Below are positions 24,617 to 32,804 of a stretch of DNA of 47,921 nt, in pieces. The DNA is from a virus, in the IMG/VR virus record IMGVR_UViG_3300021082_000007; one strand, 5' to 3'. Within the stretch, counting starts at the first letter, position 1; each line of letters opens with the position of its first letter. The notes below the pieces were generated by a model. It ran no database searches, had not been told where the DNA came from, and worked only from the letters and a program-made list of their open reading frames with translations. Position numbers and translations under genes: made by a program.

Positions 24617-25303
24617 TTATATGCTCGCGGCCAGCGCGTTACCGAGGCCCTGGCCGGCCACGCCGGCGCCGGCTTGCGCTAACCCGCCCGCGGCGCCGCC
24701 ACCGTACTGTGTGATCTTGATCGGCTCGACCGCCTTGGCGACGTTGTAGGCGCTAAGGATGCCGCTGCGCTCGTTGCCGGCCAGGCGAATGTCTTGTCCC
24801 GCCGTATTAAGAATTGTATTGGCGCGGTTGGTCAGGCCGTACTGCGAGCCGCCATATGATTGGACATCGGCCAGCGCGGCGATGCGCTTGCGGGCTTCGA
24901 TCGCGGCCTGCTGGATGTGTCCCTGGATCGCAGTCTTCATCTCCTCGGAGCCATGCTGCTGGCCCGAGAACATCGCCCCGGCGATCGCGTTCGGATCGCC
25001 CTCGGCCTGGGCGGCGACTTCCTCCGGCGTCAGCGAGGTCTTCAGCCGTTCGGATTCACTCTCCTGCGCCGCGGTCTGCTTCTTGGCGCCGAGCTCCTCC
25101 AGCGCGCCCTCGCGGCCGGCTTCGGCATTGCGCCGCAGATCCTCGTCGCGTTGCAGATAGTTCTGCGACTGCCGGCGCTGGTAGGCGACCCACTGATCGT
25201 TCGCCGACTGCTGCTTGCTCGCCATGTCTTGCTGCTGCTGCATGTTGTACAGCGACATGCCGATCGAGAAGCCCAGGCCAATGATCGAGATCGGGTCACA
25301 CAT
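24617..25303 (-). CDS. Structural-module protein with N-terminal hydrophobic segment (228 aa)
   Basis: MCDPISIIGLGFSIGMSLY, then Gln/Glu-rich helical sequence. Confidence 0.45.
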   Translation of the reverse strand: MCDPISIIGLGFSIGMSLYNMQQQQDMASKQQSANDQWVAYQRRQSQNYLQRDEDLRRNAEAGREGALEELGAKKQTAAQESESERLKTSLTPEEVAAQAEGDPNAIAGAMFSGQQHGSEEMKTAIQGHIQQAAIEARKRIAALADVQSYGGSQYGLTNRANTILNTAGQDIRLAGNERSGILSAYNVAKAVEPIKITQYGGGAAGGLAQAGAGVAGQGLGNALAASI

Positions 25304-25306
25304 GGG

Positions 25307-25948
25307 TTAGCTCGTTACGGTTCCAGATCCACTCTCGCGGCCGGTCCTGGCGTTGAGCTGACGCTGGGCTTCGGCCTGGCCGGTCACTGCCGGGATGGCC
25401 GAGCCCAGGCCGATCGCAATCGGCTTGAACATATCGCCAAGCGCGGCGACGTTCGGCGTCTGCAACTGCGCGTTCGCCGCAGAGGTCGCCGCAGTGTTCG
25501 CCGCGACCGTCGGGTCTTCGGTGGCGTACAGCTGGTTGTAGGCTTGCTGCTGTTGCGCGGCGATGCTCTTGCGCAGGTCCGACGTGTCGGTGTCGGCCTT
25601 GGCGCGCAGCCCTGCTTCGTTCACTGCCTGCTGATCGGTCAGCTTGCCTTGCACGAAGCCGGCGGCACCCGATCGTAACAATCCAGCGCGTGCGAGATCC
25701 GCTTCGGCCGTGCGCTTGGCTTCGCCGTACTGCTTCTGCAACTGCGGCAGCGTGTAGTCCAGCTCGGCTTGCTGGTACTTGTTGTAGAACGGGTCGCCGA
25801 AGTTATCGTTGCCGAAGATGCTATCGATCGCACTCTTGCCTTGGTTGAGCCGTGCCTGGCGCGCGTTCTCTTTGTCGCGGGCTTCCTGGGCCTGCTGCAT
25901 CTCGAACTGCACCATTTGGTTGTTCGATGGTCCGCTTTTGCCACCCAT
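25307..25948 (-). CDS. Structural-module protein, MGGK N-terminus (213 aa)
   Basis: Starts MGGKSGPS; Gln/Ala-rich helical. Confidence 0.45.
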   Translation of the reverse strand: MGGKSGPSNNQMVQFEMQQAQEARDKENARQARLNQGKSAIDSIFGNDNFGDPFYNKYQQAELDYTLPQLQKQYGEAKRTAEADLARAGLLRSGAAGFVQGKLTDQQAVNEAGLRAKADTDTSDLRKSIAAQQQQAYNQLYATEDPTVAANTAATSAANAQLQTPNVAALGDMFKPIAIGLGSAIPAVTGQAEAQRQLNARTGRESGSGTVTS

Positions 25949-25957
25949 GTCAGCACC

Positions 25958-26308
25958 TCATACTTGCGCGTTAGGATCTACCGCCGCCGCCTTGCCGTAG
26001 TCGGCCCAGAAGTTCGGCGGCGTCAGCACGGCTTTGGCCGCCACGTCGCCGGTTGTCGTTGCCGTGTCGGCCACGGCCTCGCCCGCCGAGATAGCGGCAG
26101 TGGTGTCTGGCTTTGAAGTGTCCTCGGCCGGCTTCTTCGCGGTCGCATCCGCGGCCGCTTTCTTGACGTTGATATTCTCCTGGTAGCCGCTCAGGTCGAG
26201 CGGCTTCTTGGCGGCCAGCGTCTTCTCCGCTTCCTCGACCGTCGCGTTGCCCGAATGATCTGCCGGCTCCTGGTAGTAGTTGCCGCCGCCGCCACCTTTG
26301 CCGCCCAT
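25958..26308 (-). CDS. Small-protein family member 5 (116 aa), MGGK N-terminus
   Basis: MGGKGGGGGNYY...; C-terminus TTTGDVAAKAVLTPPNFW...NAQV is related to the family motif. Confidence 0.5.
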   Translation of the reverse strand: MGGKGGGGGNYYQEPADHSGNATVEEAEKTLAAKKPLDLSGYQENINVKKAAADATAKKPAEDTSKPDTTAAISAGEAVADTATTTGDVAAKAVLTPPNFWADYGKAAAVDPNAQV

Positions 26309-26315
26309 GGTTCAC

Positions 26316-26717
26316 CTACTTGGTTACGCTGAGACTGCCGGCGCCGGATGCGCTGGATTTATTAGGCGCGCGCTGCCACTGCGACGGCAGCACGGTGCTG
26401 GCCAGCTTCGCCCCGGTCGATGTCGGCGGCGCGCCCGCGGGTGCGATCGGAGTGGCGATCGGCCCGCCAGGCGAGATCGCCGGCCCGAGCGGCGCCACGG
26501 GTTCGGGTGCCGCGGGCGCTGCTGCGACCGGCGCTGCAACCGGCGGCGCCACGGGTGCCGGCGGCAGCGTCGGTGCCACGAACGGCTCCGGCTCCGGCGC
26601 GGGCGGGGGCGCCCCCGTTGTCGACATGATGGTCGGATCCCCCGGCCATTTGCCGAAGTTGTTTCGCCGGATGTTCATGGCGTTGATGGCGTTGTCGATC
26701 TCGGCTTGGGTCGGCAT
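26316..26717 (-). CDS. Pro/Ala-rich small-protein family member 1 (133 aa)
   Basis: C-terminus TSTGAKLASTVLPSQWQRAPNKSSASGAGSLSVTK. Confidence 0.55.
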   Translation of the reverse strand: MPTQAEIDNAINAMNIRRNNFGKWPGDPTIMSTTGAPPPAPEPEPFVAPTLPPAPVAPPVAAPVAAAPAAPEPVAPLGPAISPGGPIATPIAPAGAPPTSTGAKLASTVLPSQWQRAPNKSSASGAGSLSVTK

Positions 26718-26724
26718 GGCTATC

Positions 26725-27192
26725 CTACTTGGTCAGGCTGAGACTGCCGGCGCTGGATGATTTGTTCGGCGCGTGCTGCCACTGCGACGGCAGCACGGTG
26801 TTCGCGAGCTTCGCGCCGGTCGAGATCGGCGCCGCGGTGGTCTGTAGCTTGCTGCCGCTGCTGATCGGACTACCGGCTGAGATCGGGTCGCCGAGCGGCG
26901 CATTCGGGTCGACCGCGGGCGTCACGGGTGCCGCGGCCGCGGGCGCTGCGATCGGCGCCTCGACCGGGGGCGCTACTGGCGCCGGCGCCGGCTCCGGCGC
27001 GGGCGCCGCCGCGGGTGCTTCCGGCGCAGGCGGCGGGATCCAGTTCGGGTCGGTTTCCTTGTTCCAGAAGTTGCCGTAGCCGTCGTATTCAGGCGGCAGT
27101 GCCGGGTTGCGGATCCATGACCCATAGCCGTCGTAGATCGTGTCCGGCTGCTCCGTCCACGTCCCGTAACCGTCATATGTTCTGTACGGCAT
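26725..27192 (-). CDS. Pro/Ala-rich small-protein family member 2 (155 aa)
   Basis: Three YDGYG(x)W repeats at the N-terminus; C-terminus ISTGAKLANTVLPSQWQHAPNKSSSAGSLSLTK. Confidence 0.55.
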   Translation of the reverse strand: MPYRTYDGYGTWTEQPDTIYDGYGSWIRNPALPPEYDGYGNFWNKETDPNWIPPPAPEAPAAAPAPEPAPAPVAPPVEAPIAAPAAAAPVTPAVDPNAPLGDPISAGSPISSGSKLQTTAAPISTGAKLANTVLPSQWQHAPNKSSSAGSLSLTK

Positions 27193-27199
27193 GGCTGGC

Positions 27200-27544
27200 C
27201 TACTTGGTCACGTTGATGCTGCCGCCGGTATTGGACGGCTGCGGTTTCGGCATGTGCTGCCACTGCGGCGGCAGCACGGTCTGCGCTATCTTTGATCCGG
27301 TCGAGGTCGGCGGCGGGCCGCCCGCGGGAGCGATCGGAACGCCAGGTGAGATCGATGGGCCGAGCGGCTCGACCGGCGCCGGCTCGACCGGCGCGGCTGC
27401 GACCGGGGCGGCCACCGGCGGCGCCACCGGCGCGGGCGGTAGCACGGGCGGCACGAACTCAGGCTCCGGCGGCGGCTCCGGCGCCGCGGTCCATCCCGGC
27501 GTGCCGCCCCAGTGGTAGTTGCCGCCTATGTCGGTCCAGCCCAT
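27200..27544 (-). CDS. Pro/Ala-rich small-protein family member 3 (114 aa)
   Basis: ATG 27544 abuts the upstream stop; C-terminus TSTGSKIAQTVLPPQWQHMPKPQPSNTGGSINVTK. Confidence 0.55.
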   Translation of the reverse strand: MGWTDIGGNYHWGGTPGWTAAPEPPPEPEFVPPVLPPAPVAPPVAAPVAAAPVEPAPVEPLGPSISPGVPIAPAGGPPPTSTGSKIAQTVLPPQWQHMPKPQPSNTGGSINVTK

Positions 27545-27546
27545 GG

Positions 27547-27894
27547 CTACACCTGCCCTGTGGTTGTCATGCTGCCACCGCCCTGCTGCGCCTTCATCTG
27601 ATCGGTCCACATTGCCGGTGCGGTGACCGATTGCGCGAGCTTGCTGCCGGTATCCTGCGTGGTCTGGATGGCGCCGTCGGTAGCCTGCGGCGGGGCCGGC
27701 TCGCCCTGCGGCGCAGCCGCAGCGGGAGCTGCCTGCTCTTGCGCGGCCGCCTGCGCAGGCGCCGCGGCCGGCTGCGCTTCGGGTGCCGCGGCCGGCTGCT
27801 CTTTGTCCCAGCCCCAGTTGTTCGCTCGGGCCAGCGGACCCCAGGTGATCGCATCGCCGCCAGGCGGCGCCCCACCTTTGCCCTTGCCGCCCAT
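27547..27894 (-). CDS. Small-protein family member 4 (115 aa), MGGK N-terminus
   Basis: MGGKGKGGAPPGG...; C-terminus DTGSKLAQSVTAPAMW...TTGQV. The ATG overlaps the upstream TGA by 1 nt. The longer track ORF to 28152 is Arg-rich run-in. Confidence 0.5.
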   Translation of the reverse strand: MGGKGKGGAPPGGDAITWGPLARANNWGWDKEQPAAAPEAQPAAAPAQAAAQEQAAPAAAAPQGEPAPPQATDGAIQTTQDTGSKLAQSVTAPAMWTDQMKAQQGGGSMTTTGQV

Positions 27895-28412
27895 CAGAGC
27901 ACCTTCCTGAAGATCATGCCGACCGCCTCGGCGCCGAAGTGCCGGCCGACCATGTTCATCAACGAGTTCTGCTCGGGCATGCCCGAGCAGATCGGAAAGT
28001 TGATCACCTTGCAGCCGTCGGCGCGGGCGAGCTCGATCACCATGCCGACCAGGCGCCGGCCGAGGTCGGTGCGTTGATACTTCGGGATGGTGTAAGTCTC
28101 GTCCATCACGCCCATCGGATCGGAGAACACATCGAACACATGGTAGGAGCAAACGCCGACCATCTTGTTGTCGTCCAGCGTATCCAGCGCGATGACGTAC
28201 ATCGCGAACTGGGTGCCGATCGCGCGGCGCAGGTGTGCGATGGTCTTGTCCTTGCGATAGTTCAGGTGCGCTGCCCAGATCGAACGATGGAAGAACTCGC
28301 CGAGGAAGTCGGCGACCATCTCGGCATCGGCAGCCTCGGCCATGCGGACGTTAATGTGCGGAGTACGCACACTCCGTTTGGGCTTTGGCAATTCGGTCAC
28401 CGCTATATTCAT
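27894..28412 (-). CDS. GNAT-family acetyltransferase-like protein
   Basis: INVRMAEAADAEMVADFL (beta1/alpha1) and IPKYQRTDLGRRLVGMVIELARADGCKVI (motif A-like). Confidence 0.55.
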   Translation of the reverse strand: MNIAVTELPKPKRSVRTPHINVRMAEAADAEMVADFLGEFFHRSIWAAHLNYRKDKTIAHLRRAIGTQFAMYVIALDTLDDNKMVGVCSYHVFDVFSDPMGVMDETYTIPKYQRTDLGRRLVGMVIELARADGCKVINFPICSGMPEQNSLMNMVGRHFGAEAVGMIFRKVL

Positions 28413-28869
28413 CAGCTAGCCATCGGTATGAGACAAAGTCCTCGCCCTCGATTCCATAGCCGGTCAGCGTGCCTTCGGCTTTGGCACCGATCAAACTCAT
28501 AAATCTGCGGACATCGTCGCGTCGTCGTAACGCCACCGCCTCGACCCGGTGGATACCAACATCGACTAGCATGGGCAGAACAAACGCCCTGATCTGCCGC
28601 ACCATTGGTAGCACGGCGCGTCCCCAATCGTCAGTGCCGAAGGCGAAGCCGGCGGCCACACCCTGGCGCTTTATCACGGCGCCCCAGACCGCGATCGGGC
28701 CGCAGTCGAAGCCCCAGGCGCAGAACGCAAACAGCTTGTGCCGCATGATCTGCTCGGCGAGCCGACTGATGTCGGTGCCGGCCGCGGCGATCTCGATGGC
28801 GTCGTCGCGGCGCAGGTTGTTCAGCACATGCTGGATCATTCCAGCGTCGGCAAGGGCTACGTCGATCAT
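28351..28869 (-). CDS. Acetyltransferase-fold-like protein at the T7 gp13 position
   Basis: IHRVEAVALRRRDDVRRFMSLIGAKAEGTLTGYGIEGEDFVSYRW resembles the C-terminal half of GNAT proteins; directly follows the nozzle-like gene. Confidence 0.4.
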   Translation of the reverse strand: MIDVALADAGMIQHVLNNLRRDDAIEIAAAGTDISRLAEQIMRHKLFAFCAWGFDCGPIAVWGAVIKRQGVAAGFAFGTDDWGRAVLPMVRQIRAFVLPMLVDVGIHRVEAVALRRRDDVRRFMSLIGAKAEGTLTGYGIEGEDFVSYRWLADEYSGDRIAKAQTECAYSAH

Positions 28870-30302
28870 CCGGTTTCGCCCCCTTGGTAGTGCACCACCA
28901 TGTTGGACAAAGTCTGCGGGCCGATCTCCTCCGACCGCAGCCGCAGCGACATGTGGGTGGCGTGGCCGTGGATCTCGATGCGGCCTTGCGGGAATGTCGG
29001 GCCGTCGAACACGCCGATCTCGTCTTCGACATCGGGGTCTTCGACATTGAACGCTGCCGATACTGTCCAGGGGATGCCGGCGCAGGTGGCATCCAGGCCG
29101 GTGAATGTCTTGAAGGTCGCCACGCCTTCGCCGGCGTGGAACGGGAAGATCAGCTCGACCGGGCAGGCGTCATAGACGGGGCCGAGATCGGAGATGCCGC
29201 CGTAGGCGTAGACGGTATTGTTGTCGTCGCGCACCACCACATGATCGTTATGCAGGCATGCCGCGGTAATGACGAAGCCGGCGTCGTACTCGGACCAAGC
29301 AGTGATCTTAGGACCAGGAAACGCCGACAGCACATAGATCTTGGATGTCAGCGGCGCGCCCTCGTAATCCTGCGAGCCGGCCATGATAATCCAAAACCGA
29401 CCTGTTACAGGTTGCAGCAGCGCGATCGTACCGCTCATCCAATCCCGGCCCATGAACCGGAACAGATCCTGTAACAGCGGATCGAGCGGGCTGCCGATGT
29501 CCGACACCGCCGCGGCCAGCGAGCTGTTGCGCGCTCGCAGCGATCGCACGCCCGACTGCGACATGTACATCACGTCGCCGGATCCATATTGCAGCACGCT
29601 GCGCCACGCCGTTGTGCCGGCCTGGCGCAAGGTCTGGACGTATTGGTTCTTGGTGAAGTCAGGATCCATGATCCACAGCTGCACCGCGGTCGAGCTAAAG
29701 ATCGCCAGCTTGTCGTAGTAGACCTCAAGGGCGACCGAGTCGGTCATGTCAGAATCGCCCATCGACAGGTCGATGAAGTTGGTGGGATTAGGCGGCGTCA
29801 TGCCGGACCAATCGCCGGCGTTGCCGATCGCCGAGAAGTACAGCGTGCTGGCCTCGACCGTGTACATCTTGTTCTTGTAGGTCCGGCAATAGAATCCTCT
29901 CGCCAACGGCAGGTTCAAGCCGTCGTAGTAGCGACCGACCGTGCCGGCGGCGTCCTTCCACAGAATGACGAACACTTTGTTGTCGAACAGATCGTAGTCG
30001 ATGATCTCGTAGATCGTCGTAGTCTGCTGCCCGAGCACGCCGATCGACCACTGACCGGATGGCGGCTCGACCTTGTATGGTCCGTTAGGCCCGAAGGTGT
30101 AGAGCTTCTGGTTGACCTCGACTAATCCCCTGCTGGCTGCGTCGACCGTCCAGAACGGCACGAACGCCATGCGCTTCTCGATCTCGCCGCCTGGCGTGAC
30201 GTGCGCGTTGCGCATGCTGCGCAGCGTTCCCGCGGGCGCGGTCAGCGCCGACCTGCGAAGATCCAGACCGGCAGCGAAGTCGGTGATGGTGAAATAGGGC
30301 AA
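28866..30302 (-). CDS. Tail tubular protein B / nozzle-like protein
   Basis: The N-terminus ITDFAAGLDLRRSALTAPAGTLRSMRNAHVTPGGEIEKR parallels the T7 gp12 N-terminus (LKGGISQQPDILRYPDQGSRQVNGWSSETEGLQKR). Gene order also fits. Confidence 0.45.
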   Translation of the reverse strand: MPYFTITDFAAGLDLRRSALTAPAGTLRSMRNAHVTPGGEIEKRMAFVPFWTVDAASRGLVEVNQKLYTFGPNGPYKVEPPSGQWSIGVLGQQTTTIYEIIDYDLFDNKVFVILWKDAAGTVGRYYDGLNLPLARGFYCRTYKNKMYTVEASTLYFSAIGNAGDWSGMTPPNPTNFIDLSMGDSDMTDSVALEVYYDKLAIFSSTAVQLWIMDPDFTKNQYVQTLRQAGTTAWRSVLQYGSGDVMYMSQSGVRSLRARNSSLAAAVSDIGSPLDPLLQDLFRFMGRDWMSGTIALLQPVTGRFWIIMAGSQDYEGAPLTSKIYVLSAFPGPKITAWSEYDAGFVITAACLHNDHVVVRDDNNTVYAYGGISDLGPVYDACPVELIFPFHAGEGVATFKTFTGLDATCAGIPWTVSAAFNVEDPDVEDEIGVFDGPTFPQGRIEIHGHATHMSLRLRSEEIGPQTLSNMVVHYQGGETG

Positions 30303-30314
30303 CTACGTCCTCCA

Positions 30315-31112
30315 TTAGCCGGGGATGTAGTCGAGGTAGGGAACGCGCCGCGCACTCTTGTCGGGGTCGAAGCCGCCGCGCTGAATGCCTCCCATGTTGT
30401 AGTTGTCGCGCTTGTCGGCGCCCTGGTCGGACAGCAAACGCCGCAGGTAGTTCTGCGCCTTGGTCAGCTTCATCGGCGCCGCTTCAGACTTCTGGGTTGC
30501 CAAGACCTCGGCCGCGGCGAACAGCACGATCGCTTTGGAGTCGAGGATGCAGCTGTCGGTCGGCGCAATGAGCGGCGACAGCGGCGCCTGGCCCTCGAAC
30601 CGCAGCATGAAGCCCTGCTTCGGATGCGCCACGTCATCGATCGGCACCGGCAGCAGCTGGAACTGCCCGACCGGGTTGGTGATCGGCGCGGTGCCGGCGA
30701 TGTTGACCGAGGCGAGGTTGCTCCAGCGCGACGGTTTGCCGTAGTGGGTCGGGCCGAGCTGCATCATGTGGGCTTTGATGCCGTAGGTCAGCGGCACCCA
30801 GGAGGATGCCGCCGTGATCTTCTGTGGATCGAAGGTGTCTTCGCGACTGACTTGCGCAATCAAGACCCGCACGATCTGGTCGAACAGCATTTCCTTCGGG
30901 TAGGAGTAGACCGCCTGGCCGCCAACCAGCGGCAGGTCGGTCCAGATCTTCAGGTGCTGCCAGTTGTAGGCGTCCCACAGCTCGCGCTGCTGCCTGGCCA
31001 AGAGTATGTCGATCGTTTCCTGCGCCTGGGTGCCTTGCGCAGGGTTGAGCGACGTGCCGGTTTCGGCACGCAGCTCGCGGCGTAACTCAAGGAGGGTTAC
31101 TCCTAGCGGCAC
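30315..31112 (-). CDS. Head-tail adaptor / tail tubular protein A-like
   Basis: 265 aa between the capsid-proximal genes and the nozzle-like gene; N-terminal helical LLELRRELRAETG ... ETIDILLARQQRELWDAYNW pattern. Called mainly by position. Confidence 0.4.
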   Translation of the reverse strand: MPLGVTLLELRRELRAETGTSLNPAQGTQAQETIDILLARQQRELWDAYNWQHLKIWTDLPLVGGQAVYSYPKEMLFDQIVRVLIAQVSREDTFDPQKITAASSWVPLTYGIKAHMMQLGPTHYGKPSRWSNLASVNIAGTAPITNPVGQFQLLPVPIDDVAHPKQGFMLRFEGQAPLSPLIAPTDSCILDSKAIVLFAAAEVLATQKSEAAPMKLTKAQNYLRRLLSDQGADKRDNYNMGGIQRGGFDPDKSARRVPYLDYIPG

Positions 31113-31591
31113 TAGGTTGCCTCATTGTCCGGTGGCGGTGGCGTGCGGCGGCCGCGTGGCGCCGGCTTAAAGATCGGCGTCAGGGCGGCCTGCGCCTTGG
31201 TGACTTCGTCGTCCTCGTCTTCCTCGTCGTCGCCATTGCCGTTGGTTATAGCGGGGGCCGCGACCACGGTCGACGGCTTGCCCTCCTCGTAGTGCGGCAG
31301 GCTCAGGTCGTCGGTCATCATGTATTCCATGCGGAACGCACGTCCTGGGAAGCAGGCTTCGACAACCTTGTGGCCGTACTTTGCCGTAAGCCGGTTCTTC
31401 TCTTCGGTCGGCCAGGTTTCGCCGATGCCGCACGGCATGATTTCCATGACGTTCTCGTCGCCGTGGATCGCTTGCAGCACTTGCACTTCCGGCCAGGTCA
31501 CCGCATCGAACTGGCTGTAAAACACAACGTGGCAGTTCTGGCCGGCAAGATTGACCTTGCAGGTGCAGTACTGGATCTTCTGTTGAGCCAT
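31112..31591 (-). CDS. Hypothetical capsid-proximal protein (159 aa)
   Basis: Follows the major capsid gene; has a CTCKVNLAGQNCH cluster, an acidic GDDEEDEDDE run and a basic Pro-rich tail. Confidence 0.45.
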   Translation of the reverse strand: MAQQKIQYCTCKVNLAGQNCHVVFYSQFDAVTWPEVQVLQAIHGDENVMEIMPCGIGETWPTEEKNRLTAKYGHKVVEACFPGRAFRMEYMMTDDLSLPHYEEGKPSTVVAAPAITNGNGDDEEDEDDEVTKAQAALTPIFKPAPRGRRTPPPPDNEAT

Positions 31592-31663
31592 GGTGTCTCC
31601 CTATGAAAAGCCGGGACGCGCTAAGGAGTGTCCGCTCCCCCGCGCGCCCCAGCCGCGCTGCGA

Positions 31664-32788
31664 TCAGGCAATGTCAATGACGACAGCACCGTTCAGGCGC
31701 CGCGCACAGAGTTGCCCGGTCGAAGTGATCGAGCGGTAGATGACGTACTTGTCGGGGGTCCGCTCGGGTGAATGCTGGTGGCGCCACTCGTCTTGCATGG
31801 CGACCAGGTAGATGTCCCGGTTGTCGTACCAGTAACAACGCTTGCTCTTGCTCGGCGTCAGGGCGTCGAGCGTCGGGTCGTAGGTGAAGTCGGTCCCCAT
31901 GTAGGAGATCTGACCAACCGCAACATCCTTGCCGCCGGAGAAGCCGGTCATCGAGTAGTTGCCATTGGCGCGCAGCTCCATCTCCAAAGCGGCGAGCCAA
32001 TCACTGCCGCAGAAGGCAGTGTTCGGCTTGGCGCCGTAGCGGGTGAGCTGGCGGTATTCCTTTTGCAGCAAGGTGATCAGCGCGCCGCCATTGGCGGCAG
32101 ATGCGGTGATCGGGGCGCCGCCCCAGGCCGACAGCGCCGGCGTGGTGCCGACCGCGGTCCCCATCAAGGTCGTATAGGCGCGGTTTCTCCACCACGGCTT
32201 CTGCGCGCGGTTGATGCCGGCGACGATACCTGTCGACGGATCGTCGGTGATCAGTGCCGCCATGCCGGCGAGTGCCTTGGCGTCGGTGGCGCCGTTCGTC
32301 CACAACAGGTTATTCATACCTCTCGCGTACTGCTCGCTAACGTCTTGCAGCGCGTCTTGCAGCAAGCCGACCAGGACGGTGTCGTCGCGGCCGGAGTGCT
32401 CGGACGTGTCGCTCATATCGGCGGAATCGGTGACGCTGATACCATCGGACTTCAGCTCAGAGTGCGTGAGCATGATGCCGATGTGATGCTCCTTCCAGGG
32501 GAAGATCGCCTGGGTCAGGTTGGCTGGCGTGTAGTAGGTGACCGCGTCATCGAGCCAGTAGCCCTTGACCTGGTCGTCGGTGCCGAAGGCGGCCGTGTTT
32601 CCGTACTCGCCCTTAACACTGATGATAATATTCCCCTTGCCGCCGGGGAATGTTTTCTTCTTGCTCTCCATCGCCGCGAGCAGCGGCTTCTCCTGGATGG
32701 CTTCCTGGAAAGCCGTCCCTTTGTTCATCCACCAATCCAACGCCGCCGTCGTAATGTGGGCGAGGAGTGGAGCGGGATATGTAGGCAT
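31664..32788 (-). CDS. Major capsid protein
   Basis: 374 aa, immediately after the scaffold and portal in the canonical terminase-portal-scaffold-capsid order. Confidence 0.7.
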   Translation of the reverse strand: MPTYPAPLLAHITTAALDWWMNKGTAFQEAIQEKPLLAAMESKKKTFPGGKGNIIISVKGEYGNTAAFGTDDQVKGYWLDDAVTYYTPANLTQAIFPWKEHHIGIMLTHSELKSDGISVTDSADMSDTSEHSGRDDTVLVGLLQDALQDVSEQYARGMNNLLWTNGATDAKALAGMAALITDDPSTGIVAGINRAQKPWWRNRAYTTLMGTAVGTTPALSAWGGAPITASAANGGALITLLQKEYRQLTRYGAKPNTAFCGSDWLAALEMELRANGNYSMTGFSGGKDVAVGQISYMGTDFTYDPTLDALTPSKSKRCYWYDNRDIYLVAMQDEWRHQHSPERTPDKYVIYRSITSTGQLCARRLNGAVVIDIA

Positions 32789-32804
32789 TTAAGCACCTCT
32801 ATGA

